A stretch of 61,816 nt of DNA, counting the filler, from Nemertoderma westbladi (Eukaryota; Animalia; Xenacoelomorpha), in NCBI GenBank assembly GCA_032718475.1. It is 2 parts of 2 records of this genome, joined end to end, with 100 filler letters (N's around TTAATTAATTAA, not from the genome) between each part and the next. Parts side by side here need not be neighbours in the genome. Positions count along the whole stretch, not along the records: positions 31,726 to 61,816 come from JAUCBJ010000411.1; 1 more part is not named here. One strand, 5' to 3'. Both the position numbers and the translations under genes were made by a program. The notes beneath the pieces were generated by a model. That model did not search any database. It had not been told where the DNA came from and worked only from the letters and a program-made list of their open reading frames with translations. The first letter of the stretch is position 1. Every line of letters begins with the position of its first letter. Below are positions 38,784-51,869 of the stretch, one piece after another.

Positions 38784-40025
38784 TGTTCGCGCTTTTGAAG
38801 ACCTTTAGCAGTTTAACCTGCCAAAATTTATATGTCTTTTAGTTAATTAAAACACCTTTAGCATACGACAACAATTTATGCTAATACACAAAACATTAGC
38901 CGAAGTCAGCCCATGCGCGATCATTCACCCGATGGATCTACACCCGGGAGACTGAATTCGGATGCTTAAATTTTATTATTGCAGTGTAAGGTTGCAGTGT
39001 ATACCTACTGTATTATTCGATAGATCGTTAATAATTAATCTCTGACAGATATTATTGGCTTTCGGGAAATATTAACAGTTCCTTTAGGACGTGGCGCTCT
39101 ATCTATTTAAACAGAACTAGGACTTATACTAAACGCAACGATACTGCTTATGATTAAAGTATAAAGCGTATTCTTTAGGAAATACTTTGTTACCAATCAC
39201 AATCATGCACACTATTCTGCCGACCGTCAGTACATTTGATCACACATAAAGAGAGCAGTAATTGACTCATGTAGGGTCTGCTAAATAACATTTGATTCAA
39301 TACACACCACATTAATATAAATCGCAATTGTTATATATAGCCCGCCTCTCTAACCTGTAGTGTATCAAGAAAATTGGGAATTTGGGTGATTTATCCGTAT
39401 TATCCAAAGAGCAATATTTCCATCAACAAATAGGTACAATTAATAACTGACGGTAAAATAACAGTACAAACAATATGATTAATGCAGTTAAATTAAGTGA
39501 GATAGTGAGTTCATTCGATTAGTGAGATTAGTTAGGTAACAGTTTATACTTTCGATAATTTAAGCAGTTTTACTAGAGTTTCTAGAGCCGGTGTTTCTGG
39601 CTTAGACAGCAATAACAACAAAGTATCAAGTAAAAACAGTAAGACTGAACACTCTCCTTATGATCGGCCGAAAAGCTACACGTCGACAGGAAAAATCACT
39701 CTGATTGGCTCAAGCCAAACAAAGAACCATGCGTCCAATGGCTGTTTCCATGTCAGCAACCAGCTGTTAGATGTCGTAATATGAATCATCACGGCTAAGC
39801 TGTGAAAGGTAGTTGGTGCATTGCAGGTTTTTTGCCTTACCATGTCCGCCAAAACACGTATATAGCAGAATGACTTTTATGTCCGTTAAAACACCTGTAA
39901 CGGTACCTTGCGGGCGAGGGGAATATATATACAGTTAGAGAACCTTTTTAGAGTATTCCAGCGCCTGGGGGGAAACTGGATTGCGAAGCAAAAGGGGCCA
40001 GTTATATCCCACAGAAGCTTTTACA
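38784..40025 (-). repeat. 3' LTR of element C
   Basis: Direct repeat of 50641-51869 with few substitutions and small indels. Confidence 0.95.
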
Positions 40026-40103
40026 CCGCTCCCAGAAAATGGGATTTGAGTCTATAAATATACAAAAATCACAGTTTCTAATATACGTAAATACTCTAAA
40101 CAG

Positions 40104-41553
40104 TTAGTCTTTCTTGCGCGGACGGCGTTTACGCAGTTTTTTAAAGCTAGCAAGAGTCCTTTTCTCTTTGGGGCGAGCCACTTTACGAGGAGGGCTATAA
40201 CTCCTGGGTGAAGGGTGCAATATGATTGCATCAGAAGGTATGGGATTGCGATCGGTATATCCGCCGGTCGAAGTACCGGGTTGATTGACATCAACGTCCG
40301 GGGAGAGGGGTCTAACGGCTTTGAGAGCTCGTTTCAAGACAGCCGCTCTTACGGGTCCTTTACGAGTGGTCTGAACGAGGGCCGTGGGTGGACCATAGGC
40401 AGTTAGAAACTTCCTTGGTTTAATGGTTCTTTCCAACTCGCGTTCGCGGGCTCTGTACTCGTAAGGCCGTCGATATACTTCCTGTAACTCAGGGTGTGAG
40501 TTGACAAATAAGTCTCCATAGGCCGGATCTTTACGGATAAAGTTTATTAAGTTATACGAATTGATGTCACTCGGATTAATGCTTCTGAGGAATTTGCGTA
40601 CATATTTGGTTGAAATACATTCTCCAACGCGCTTCAATAGTTCATAACTTGATAGGCGCGATTTCTGCTCGACGGAGGCAAACAAATATGGATGGAACGC
40701 ATAAACTCCTTCGTAGGCGCGTCCAGGATAATAGCGATGGCGTGAATCACAATGTAAATCAGCGTTCGCTTCCCAAGCTCTGATATAACGTAGTACAATC
40801 ATTTCATCTACGCTCTCTAAATCATGGTTAAAAAGGGCAATCGAAACTGGCGCGTCCCTTTAGTTGACAATGGTGACATTGAGTCATAAATTGAGGGCAA
40901 ACCGCAAAAATGTGCAAATTATTAAATCTGCAATACGCGCAATAAATTTCCATCGCCGGTTGTTCGTGGAAATAGGAACAGCGGACGTTTGTGTCCATGG
41001 GCGTAACATGGTCTCTCGATGCGCATAACCGACAACGTTGCCGAGAAACATAGTTGGCATGGCGATAATCGTACGCAGTGAGACACTGTGGACCTTGATA
41101 CCATTCTAGGATGTAATCGTTGTCGCTGTTCCGAGCGCGATAGGCTGAATCTCCTCAGATTCTAGACATATTGGTTCGTCTTCCCAGTCTGTTACGAATA
41201 TAATTTTCGTGATCTATTCTCGTTTTATCGTTACGACGCCGCTGGGTATGATATTTAAATAGAACCATTTCCCTTTCGGTGTCTACATCGTCCGTCTCAT
41301 GTAAATCGATAGGATGGCCGGTAGTTAAGAAGTCCATATACGTACCATTACGATTCGTATAGCGAGCGGTGAATTTTCTATAGTCCGCTTCACGCGTAAG
41401 TTGTTCCTGGGACATCGGCGGTTCGATATAACGACCATCGTCCTCCGTAATAGTCGGATCGGCTTCACCGCGTATCAATCTATCCACAAACGCTTGCAAA
41501 GGTAGAGTATATCGCTCTCTAATACCAAGGTCATCTTCTATCAATTCCGTCAT
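40104..41553 (-). pseudogene. Accessory ORF3 of element C: triple CCHC knuckle protein with basic tail (one TGA, one frameshift)
   Basis: Reading through TGA 41155-41157 gives CRLCASRDH..C, CAYC....H....CP, CHHCQLKGR....C, then WEANADL..SRHR; homologous to the C-terminus of A ORF3. Confidence 0.8.
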
Positions 41554-43169
41554 ATCTGCTATCTGAGTTTATTAATATCAATATGAGTTAATATTTTAGG
41601 CAAGCGGGCGTCGCTGCCCACCAGGCTTTTGCCCCAGGACAGTGGGTTTCTCAGCGCCGATGTACCGCTGTCGCAGTGTTTACGCCAACATGTAGCAACA
41701 GCACGACAACGATAACCGGCACAAGTCCCACCACTGTCCGTCCCAAAGGCTTGAATCCACTTGAGGTTATCTCGGTGGAGTTAGGGCTATTTTACAATTG
41801 CGATTAGCTACTGTAAACACACTTTAGTAGTAACATTCACCTATAAACGCACAAATTCCATACAATCATTACTTACTGCACACATGCATGCCATTTGTCC
41901 GTTAGTCAGTGTCTTCCAGAATGTCACGTTATTACTATGTATCCTTGGATACTAATAGTGCGCTATGTATACTCTTATGCTACGCAATGGGGCAAGCTTT
42001 TATTGGTCCTTTAACTTGTTTCTAATTCTAGCGTGGGTGTTGCCATGGTGACATTATGGAAAACTAGCGGTAGAATTAGGGCAATTCTCATGTATACAGA
42101 TCTGGGATGTTATTTAATAGTAATTCTTTAATTGTCAATATCCTCTTTATGCATGATTTTATAAATTTTATCGGCTATTGACTATATGTTGGAGATTCTC
42201 ACACTCTAGTACACTCAATATGAATCTCCGCTCCCATGATCTATTAATTACTGGAATTTTGGGAATGTTATAAATTGTACAAAATGACAATTTATGAAAT
42301 TCATTTGAATATGAATTTAAATTTATTCCCGTGAATTTTATTATTTGATATTAAATTGACATAAATTTTATTCCAGAGCATATCTGGGGACTTAGGATCC
42401 TTAATTCTATAAAATAGTCCTTCTAAGAATATCGGTAAATACTGCGATATCTTAATTGACTAGAAATTTTGAAGGATCGGGATTTTACAGATTTTAATAA
42501 ATATTAAATTAATATTTAGGATGGGCACCAATTTATTCCAGAACTTGTCTGGGGACGTTAACCACTGATTCTAGAATTTGTCTTTCAAGTATATCGGTGG
42601 GTGCCACGATATCTTAATCGACTAGAATTACAGATGGTCAAAAGTTTAACAGATTTATTTGCGATTTACGCTACTGTTAGAGGGACATCACGCTACTATA
42701 TGTATTATTTGTTATAAGGTAGAAGAGCAATATCGCACGAAGCAATGTCAGTGTGAAGAGGCAAGTCGTCTCCAAGGTCTACCCAGAGCTTGGTTTAGCC
42801 GAGACACGAGGATCTGAACTTTGCATTCCTAATACTCTGCCTACCAATAATACTTAAATATAGTAGTGGCTTTATTGTACTTTAAGAAGTACTGACATGT
42901 CATCTTACTATAGTCTCGCATTTATAATATAATACGGACAGTAAGGAAAGAGAAAATAATTACTTCTTGCCGTCGCACTAAATATATTATAAGTAATTAC
43001 GTAATAAACACTAATATATTGCACTAATTTACTAAATATTCTAAAAATAACCTTTTACTAAATAAAATTAAATAAAAACGATTATAATAACGTACATAAT
43101 AACATTTACATAAATATAAAATAAAAACAAATATAAAATGATATAGTCACACGCCCACTCCACATGCTA

Positions 43170-46100
43170 TCACGTTATGGAGTCCCTAGATATTTGTCGG
43201 ATTAGGGAAGTAGTCGTAGGAAGAGTATCTTGCCTTCCATAGTTTCCGGACAGTTTTCGGTCTCTTTCCAGTAAACATAAACGACTAGCTGGGCGATTGA
43301 GTTGTTGTGTTACTTTCTCCGCTCCCTTGGCCTGTCTAATTTCTGCCGTGGTAAGATGAGGAGGCCATTCTTCTTCTTCTTTACTTAAGGAGTCGGATCC
43401 ACCTAACCAGCCTGGAGTATCTATCAGTTCTTGAGGAGTTGCTCCTCTGGAAGCGATGTCGGCTGGATTAATCGTCCCAAGGCAATGTCTCCATTGATCT
43501 ACATTGGAGTTAACATCGTCATTATCTGAGGAGTATGGTGTTCCCTCAGTTGGATCGTCCACATCACTGCTCTCCACTTCCCATTCCTTTACTTGGTATA
43601 CCTGTTGTTGAGGTAATCTCTCTTTGAGAGTTCTACGGGAAGGGCCAGTGAAGTACCAACCTACTCTAGTTCTTACCGCATAGGTTTGTAGTGGCTGTGG
43701 TTGAGCAGGCCGTTTCTCTAATGGCTCGAGCGCCTCATGCGCGTTTTGGCCGATGAGTATTTGCACTCCAGGATAATCGGTTTGGAATCGAGGTATCTCA
43801 AGATGTTGGATGCACTCGTCCTCGTCCCAGTTATAAGGTTCTGCTTGAGTAGTAGCAAAGTTCTTTATAGCCACCATTTTTACTGACCCTATACCTTGTG
43901 TTCCTAACTTATCCTGGGGGGTGGACAATACACCTACATAGTAATCTGCCGTTAGGGTAGATTTCCAAACCTGCATAATTCCTGACATATTCAATTTAGT
44001 CCGGAACTTGGGTTGTCCAGCAAAGATATCTTCGGCTAGTTCTTGATCGATGAATGTTCCTGTGCTGCCGGAGTCAAGTAGGGCGTTCACTATGTAACTC
44101 TTGTTGGGACCATGAACTCGAACTTGCACTACAGGAAATTCTCTTATTCCTATGTTGGAAGTTGGAACTTTCCAAGATGGTTGTTTGTCAAAAGGAGTTG
44201 GAGTAAACTCGTCAGTGTCCTTTTCATCCGTAAGTGCTCGATACACTGTGGTATTTATTAGATAACAGGATTCGTTGGCATCGGAGAAATCGTCTGTATA
44301 GAATCCTTCCCACTCAGAACCTTGGTCAGTGTCGTTCACATCACTGAATTGGACATGTAGTTCGGGCTCACTTACCTGACTCGGGTTGTCTCGTTCGAAC
44401 TCACTGTGTAACAAGATGTGATGTTTCGCGCCACACTTTGCACACTTTACGTCGGAGTAACAGGTTCGCCGTTGGTGTCCTGATCTGAGGCAATTATAGC
44501 ATAGCCGCTTATTCCACAGGACTGTACGTCTGTCTACAGGGGATTTCTTTAGAAATTCAGCACACGCACTCAAACGGTGGGGCCCGTCGCACAGCGCACA
44601 TTTTGGTTTGATGTTACTCACCTTAACTTGGTTAACGTTCTGCACTCTCGTTCTTTCTTCGGGCTTTCTTCCGTGAATTCTCTTAGGAGACGTAGGAGGA
44701 GTTGTTGTTACCTGTTCTCTCCTGTCACTGGTTCGAGACTTGTATTTACTTACGTCTTTATAGGTCTTGTTGTCATAGTAAGATTTTGCTGTGTCTTTCC
44801 CGCTGTCCTCTTCTTGAGCAGCTTGGCTTTCGCCGTCGTCAGTATAACACACTGGTATTATCCTTCTCCTAGAAACGGGTTTCTCACTTACCTTATTTTC
44901 CGATGTTTTCTCTCTGGACTGCCTTATGAGTTGTAATTTTACTTCACTATCTAAGAAGGACATGAGATCAGCCATGGTAGGACTTCGTCGTTGTTGTTCA
45001 TTCATGTACAACACTTTCTTGTCCCAGCGCGTACATACTCCACCTTTTGGTAAAGTAGAGACTACGGCTCCAATGACCATGGAACTCTGATATTCATGCG
45101 ACTTACCTAACCAGTCCAGTTGTCTACAGATCTCTTGAATCTCATCGGAAAACTCTATAATCTCGCTACTAAGGAAGTGTCGGGGGGCTACTAATTTTGC
45201 ATACAAATACTTAGCTATGTTATCCTTATTACCATACCTGATGTTTAATGTATCCCAAACTTGTCTTAATCCATCTGGATGTCCAATAAACTTTAACGCC
45301 ATTAACTTGGGAGGTCCTTCCAAGCACTTGATGAGGAATCTAAGTTTCTCTCCGTTAGATAGTACAGAGTTCTGTATGCTATCTTTGTAATATTCGTTGA
45401 AAGGTAACCATTTCATCTCATCTCCATTGAATTTGACGATCTCTCCCACTTTGACCGCTTGGCGGGCTTCTGTTCTAGCCATCTGACGCGTAAAGCTTTC
45501 TTGGGCCATCGTGTTATTTAATATCGAATTATCGGTATATAAATTTCTCGGATCATATATAGGTCTATAGGGAATATCATTAATAACAGGTCTATAATCA
45601 CCCTTAATAGGGTTTGCTATAGGAGTTTCAACTTCACTAGCAGTATAGATGCGTGTAGGCTCCACACCTTGCGCATGTAATACTTCAGACCTAACAGGTT
45701 GACACAATGTTACAGGGGGTATTGGTATGCCCTTTTGTATATTGACTAATTTGTCGCATTCTAGCGCGATACTTTGCTGCACTTCCTGCAACTCTGCTCT
45801 ACTTTCCCTCACTGTTCCCTTAAGTTGGTGGACAGTCTCCTGCATCTGTCCTAGCAGGAGATTCATCCCCCGCCGTCCCTCTTCCACCCACTCAACCGCC
45901 GAAGCGGGAGTCGCCAACATAGTAGCGGGCTGACGCGGGACGACGGGAGACAAATTATTGATTTCTCTCTCTGCTATCTGGACAGGGATATTCTCTTGGA
46001 CTGTTCCACCGGGTACAGGCAGTGTAGTACTATGTAAAGGGAATTTAGAGTTAAGCTCTGGAAGTACAGGGGTCTCTAACACAGAAGTGACTTTGGGAAC

Positions 46101-46356
46101 GACAGGCCTAATTATTTCAGGCTCATCAACTATTGTAGGGAGTCTTTCTATTTTAACCACCTGGTCTATGGGTTCTGTACTACCTAAGTTGGTGTTATTT
46201 AGTTGCCTTCTAACAGCTGGAGGCAAATCAGGCAATTTATGACGGTGGGATGTTCTTCCACGTCTGCTTAGACGAGATCTATTTCCTTTGCCTTCAGTAT
46301 CTGTTGTATCTCCTTCATCAGAGGATGTAACGCTTGCGTCCTTCTGGGCTCCTCTC
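43170..46356 (-). pseudogene. Element C gag-protease fused by deletion to an RNase H tail
   Basis: KFNGD, EKLRFLIKCLEG, three knuckles (CALC..H....C; CYNCLRSGH...C; CAKCGAKHH.LLH), ALLDSGST, RTRVGW, then WRHC....NPADIASRG. Confidence 0.9.
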
Positions 46357-47586
46357 TGATGACTCCGAGGCGCACCCATGAGGCGGACGCTGTCCCACCA
46401 CCCTTGGGGCCAGTCCGACTCCGTTTTTATCAGACTGGGCCGGAGGGTAGCCCGATGCTTCCCGGGTTCACTTTTCAATCCCCCGATCACACCGGCACAG
46501 CTCGTCGGTGTAGCCAGATGGTCGGCTACTGTCAACTTACTGTGGCCTGACTGTACATTGAGCCAACTCAGAGAGTCAACCGGCGGGTGGACCAGTCGAT
46601 AGCGATCGAGCATCAAGGTCGCCCTTGAGCCAAACCGACGGTCTTGTCCCAAGCGGGCTTGCGCTACCCACATGGAATATTGACCGTTTTCACCCGCCTC
46701 GCCGGCAGTATTGAGGGGAAGTCGGTTCCGCAAACAATACTGACTAGCTCGAAAGCTAGGAACAAGTAACCACTTACCAGTCACTGTACACGTGTACTCA
46801 ATAGATGCTCACGAAATCAAGTACACTACGGTAAACACAAAATCTGACGCATACCACGCACACACAGAGGACATAATCGGGGAAGACAAAATCGGTGACA
46901 AAATCAGAGGGGACAAAATTGTATCGACTAATAAAAAGTCGAGAGTACTTTATTTTACCGACAGGGTAAAATAACTTTGTGTGCACAAAGTATGCTGGGG
47001 CGCAGTAAAATATGGTCCTACTAATAACCGGCGGCGACTGAACCAACCGGCAAGGTTTCCCACACTCACTCGCAGTGGCCATACATACACTCACGTATAC
47101 CACGTACACACACAAACCACAGATTCCAGAGTATCATTCACTCGGACCACACTACAACACCAACCCCTCCTTGCAGCCGATATTCCGGGTGCCACCTCCA
47201 TTCCAATAGTAGTACCAACAGAATCATCAGAACCTGTCCATTCCGATGCAACACCTCCATTCCAATAGTGCTACCCTGGGAAAAAACACGTTTTGGCAAC
47301 CGATCGGAGACAGTACAGAGTCTGGTCAACTCATACATACCAAACATAGACCTACCACATAAACCACATAAACCACAGATCACACTAAGCCACCACCCCT
47401 ACTGTGTACAGGACTGGCAGTACGGCAACAGGCCGACTAGACGGTACCACGGCACCATGTTAATTCATGGTTCGCAAGACACGAGGGCCTTCAGTAACTC
47501 CCCTGCACTATAAAGACGATTTAACATGCCCCCAGACCCTCACGAGTCCGCCGCCGCCTGTTAGGGACACCCCTATAGAGACCTCA
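46357..47586. mobile_element. Possible solo LTR inserted in the gag of C
   Basis: Imperfect inverted ends TGATGACTC...GAGACCTCA; flanks CCTCTC / CCTCTT; separates the two gag ORFs. Confidence 0.45.
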
Positions 47587-48456
47587 CCTCTTTGGGTATC
47601 CCTGTCTCTTGTAAGTAGTCCGACTTATCAGCTGCATATCACTAGCCGTTATCTGTTTATTTAAGTAATCGTGCTTCTCTTGAAGATTCTCCAACTCTAG
47701 TTGGACCCTTTCTTTAGATGCCCTCCATTCCGCTTCGGCCACTGCTATTGCCGCTGTCTTTCTGTCCTCTATCTGTTTTTTCTTCAACTGTTGTTCCCAT
47801 TCTCTAACGATGCGGATTCTTTCATCAATTTCCTCTCTATTCGCTGCCAACATTTCCACATCTATTGCGTCCAACACAAACTTGGCTCCTTCACTATTGG
47901 GGGAAAGTCCAGACAGTCGTCTCCTCAACTCTTCGTCTCCTAAGAATCGCTGATAGTCGGATAGGTAGATGTCAATGGCGTCTCTAGTTCGCGGCTTCTC
48001 TGCTGCTGTTAATTCGCTTTCCACTTCGCTTTCCACTTGAGAAGAAGTGGCGTCGGTTGATTCTTCATAGGTTGGCCGCTCATCATAAACCGTATCCGCC
48101 ATCTCCGCTCTGCGTTCGGGCGCCCGCTCAACAGCATCCGAACTACTGGAGCTATCGGGCCGCTGAGAACTAGGTTCCTGGCTAGGATGTTGCTGCTGCT
48201 TGACAGCTGCTTCTTGATCCCGCTCGACTTGGGCCCGAGTGCCGGTGATAGACCTACGTTGTTCTACTAGCCTAGGGTCTGACACTACTACTGTAGGGAT
48301 GGCCTTTTTTACAATAGTAGGTGACTTAGACTTGGATCTAGGATGTTCTATACTTGGATCTTGGTCACGGATCCTTTTAATACGCTGTCTAAGTCTAATA
48401 CTCATTCTAACACTTTCTAAGAGACTATCTGACAGTGATTTGGTTGAATCTGACAT
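47587..48456 (-). pseudogene. Probable N-terminal coiled-coil part of element C gag
   Basis: 290-aa charged helical ORF in sense orientation upstream of the gag core. Confidence 0.6.
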
Positions 48457-49821
48457 GTTTGTTTACACAGTTGAATGCCTACGGCTATAAATACAGTTAA
48501 AGTAAGTCTAGTAATTCCGTATCACTGTTAGCCTAATAATTAATTACCGATACTGCTACTCAGTGTAGCGTGATATATATATAATATATTAGAATACCGG
48601 TATGCTTATAATATATAAGTATTATTACAGACTAGATTTGTCACAGAGTACCGGTATATAATATTTAGCACAAATATATATAAATATATAATAGGCCTAT
48701 CGTGAATACCGGTAGACAGCTTACACTTATATTATATATAAGTATAATTATGAACTTGAATTAATTACAGAGTACCGGTATGATTTCAGCTCAAATTTAT
48801 AGAGATAAATATAATAAGCCTATGGTAAATACCGGTATGTCAATTATTTTTAGAATAATTGAATTTCTGAATATTTTTAGGGTTACTTGGTTACTTTAAC
48901 TTACTTTATTACCGTTATTTAAGCAGTAGTCCAACTGATATTGAGACCTAGTTGTTGTATGGCAGGCCTACTATTTATAAATCGTTTGAGTTGATTTATA
49001 ATAGATATACACCCGTTTAAATGGGTTTTTGTCAATATTCGAAATAAATGTTATTATTTCTGGGGGAGTCACTACACAGAAGCTGAACGCCTCTCAGTGA
49101 AGTGCTATTTATTTGACACTAAAACTGATAATTCTAATTTACCTAAGTTACTTAATTACTACAAATTACTTACGATACGGGTGAGATTAATTCTCTAGTT
49201 AAACACAACAAAAATATTACGTACGAAATTTTTAGGGTAATTTTACAGGAAGTCTACAGACCAGCCTAACAAAGGGTTAGAATTCTGGTTATTACAACGG
49301 ACAGGGTACTACGGTATTTGAAATAATAGGTAGTAAATATATTGTACTGTCCAGATAGGAAAATACCACCGCCTGACGACCTATAACCGTATCGCTATAG
49401 GTACTACGTTATGTATCACGGATTGTTCCTACCCAGAAGCTAATAGAGCTAACGAATGTGCCTATCAACCACTTTACAACACAAATATACTGCCTACACT
49501 AATTACTTCGGAAAGCACTGTACACTAAACCCTAAATTAGGTACAAGTACCGGTATAACAAATAATCAGTAGTTAAATATACTTGAACAGTTAAAAGAAC
49601 CACGGCATCTGCTGGAGTGACCGAAGCACAAAGTCACCAGTCTTTACCTACGCCGAGCAGCCCTGATGTAGTACCGGGGTTAGTTTAACTATAACGGTAT
49701 GTATAACAAGCACAATTACTGTAGGAATAAACTTGGGGACATGAATGTTGCGAATAATCGCATAAACTCTGAATAATAAATATTACGCTACCCGTACAGA
49801 ATACTCAAACAAATACAAACC

Positions 49822-50290
49822 AAACGCTGGCAAACTACTATCAAGCCTAAACAAACTACAGTATGTGCAGATTCTGAAACTGTTAGTTAGTATGCGTTCT
49901 AGCACGGTAGTACGACTTATTCTTTAAGAGGGGATTGACCTTACCGCATATGGCTGCCCCAACTTACTAACGGCACTTTATCAGACCAACTCTACACACG
50001 CAGCAATCCCTTCAGGCCTAAGAATAGCTAGACAACAATCCAGCCTACAAAATATTTGAGTAATAACTATTACGGTACCTGAACAGACCACACAAACAAA
50101 CACAGGCTAAAACACTGGCAGACTACGATCAAGCCTAAATAAACTACAGTATATGCAGACTCTGAAACTGTTAGTTAGTATGCGTTCTAACACGGTAGTA
50201 CGACTTATTCTTTAAGAGGGGATTGACCTTACCGCATATGGCTGCCCCAACTTACTAACGGCACTTTATCAGACAAACTCTACACACGCC
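49822..50290. repeat. Two copies of a ~170-bp block (spacing ~290 bp) in the 5' leader of C
   Basis: TCTGAAACTGTTAGTTAGTATGCG...GGCACTTTATCAGAC occurs twice. Confidence 0.85.
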
Positions 50291-50640
50291 GTAATCTCTC
50301 CAAACTCAACACAGTCAGACAGCAGTTCAGCCTACAATTATTTGAACAATCTGAGCAGACTTACACGTCTTCAGCTCAATATTAACTTACTAGGAAATAA
50401 AACCGACAGAAATAAGTAAGCTCCAAAAGAAACAAGGGGTGTACAGTCCCTAATCTCTTAAACAGCCTACCGGTATACAATAATCAAAATCGAATAATAC
50501 TAAATGTACTTGTACAGCAGTACCGGTACCGGTGATGACAGTTAGGCCTACTGACCTACAGAAGTACCGGTTCAGTTTTACCAGTCACTACGGTATTTTG
50601 CAACCTTATTGCCTACTGCAATAAGATTATAAACTGTTAC

Positions 50641-51869
50641 TGTTCGCGCTTTTGAAGACCTTTAGCAGTTTAACCTGCCAAAATTTATATGTCTTTTAGT
50701 TAATTAAAACACCTTTAGCATACGACAACAATTTATGCTAATACACAAAACATTAGCCGAAGTCAGCCCATGCGCGATCATTCACCCGATGGATCTACAC
50801 CCGGGAGACTGAATTCGGATGCTTAAATTTTATTATTGCAGTGTAAGGTTGCAGTGTATACCTACTGTATTATTCGATAGATCGTTAATAAATAATCTCT
50901 GACAGATATTATTGGCTTTCGGGAAATATTAACAGTTCCTTTAGGACGTGGCGCTCTATCTATTTAAACAGAACTAGGACTTATACTAAACGCAACGATA
51001 CTGCTTATGATTAAAGTATAAAGCGTATTCTTTAGGAAATACTTTGTTACCAATCACAATCATGCACACTATTCTGCCGACCGTCAGTAATTGACTCATG
51101 TAGGGTCTGCTAAATAACATTAGATTCAATACACACCACATTAATATAAATCGCAATTGTTATATATAGCCCGCCTCTCTAACCTGTAGTGTATCAAGAA
51201 AATTGGGAATTTGGGTGATTTATCCATATTATCCAAAGAGCAATATTTCCATCAACAAATAGGTACAATTAATAACTGACGGTAAAATAACAGTACAAAC
51301 AATATGATTAATGCAGTTAAATTAAGTGAGATAGTTTTTTTCGATTAGATTAGATAGTTCGATTAGTGAGATTAGTTAGGTAACAGTTTATACTTTCGAT
51401 AATTTAAGCAGTTTTACTAGAGTTTCTAGAGCCGGTGTTTCTGGCTTAGACAGCAATAACAACAAAGTATCAAGAAAAAACAGTAAGACTGAACACTCTC
51501 CTTATGATCGGCCGAAAAGCTACACGTCGACAGGAAAAATCACTCTGATTGGCTCAAGCCAAACAAAGAACCATGCGTCCAATGGCTGTTTCCATGTCAG
51601 CAACCAGCTGTTAGATGTCGTAATATGAATCATCACGGCTAAGCTGTGAAAGGTAGTTGGTGCATTGCAGGTTTTTTGCCTTACCATGTCCGCCAAAACA
51701 CGTATATAGCAGAATGACTTTTATGTCCGTTAAAACACCTGTAACGGTACCTTGCGGGCGAGGGGAATATATATACAGTTAGAGAACCTTTTTAGAGTAT
51801 TCCAGCGCCTGGGGGGAAACTGGATTGCGAAGCAAAAGGGGCCAGTTATATCCCACAGAAGCTTTTACA
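50641..51869 (-). repeat. 5' LTR of element C
   Basis: Direct repeat of 38784-40025. Confidence 0.95.

Larger units (their letters stand above)
38784..51869 (-). mobile_element. Bel/Pao LTR element C, non-autonomous (no RT or integrase)
   Basis: ~1.24-kb LTRs, TG...CA; TSD GAGGA at 38779-38783 and 51870-51874; Bel-type gag-protease. Confidence 0.95.

Noticed and set aside
46357-46784. N-terminal ~140 aa of the 1204-aa ORF as genuine gag
   Set aside because: Non-ATG start, and it lies in the putative inserted solo LTR.
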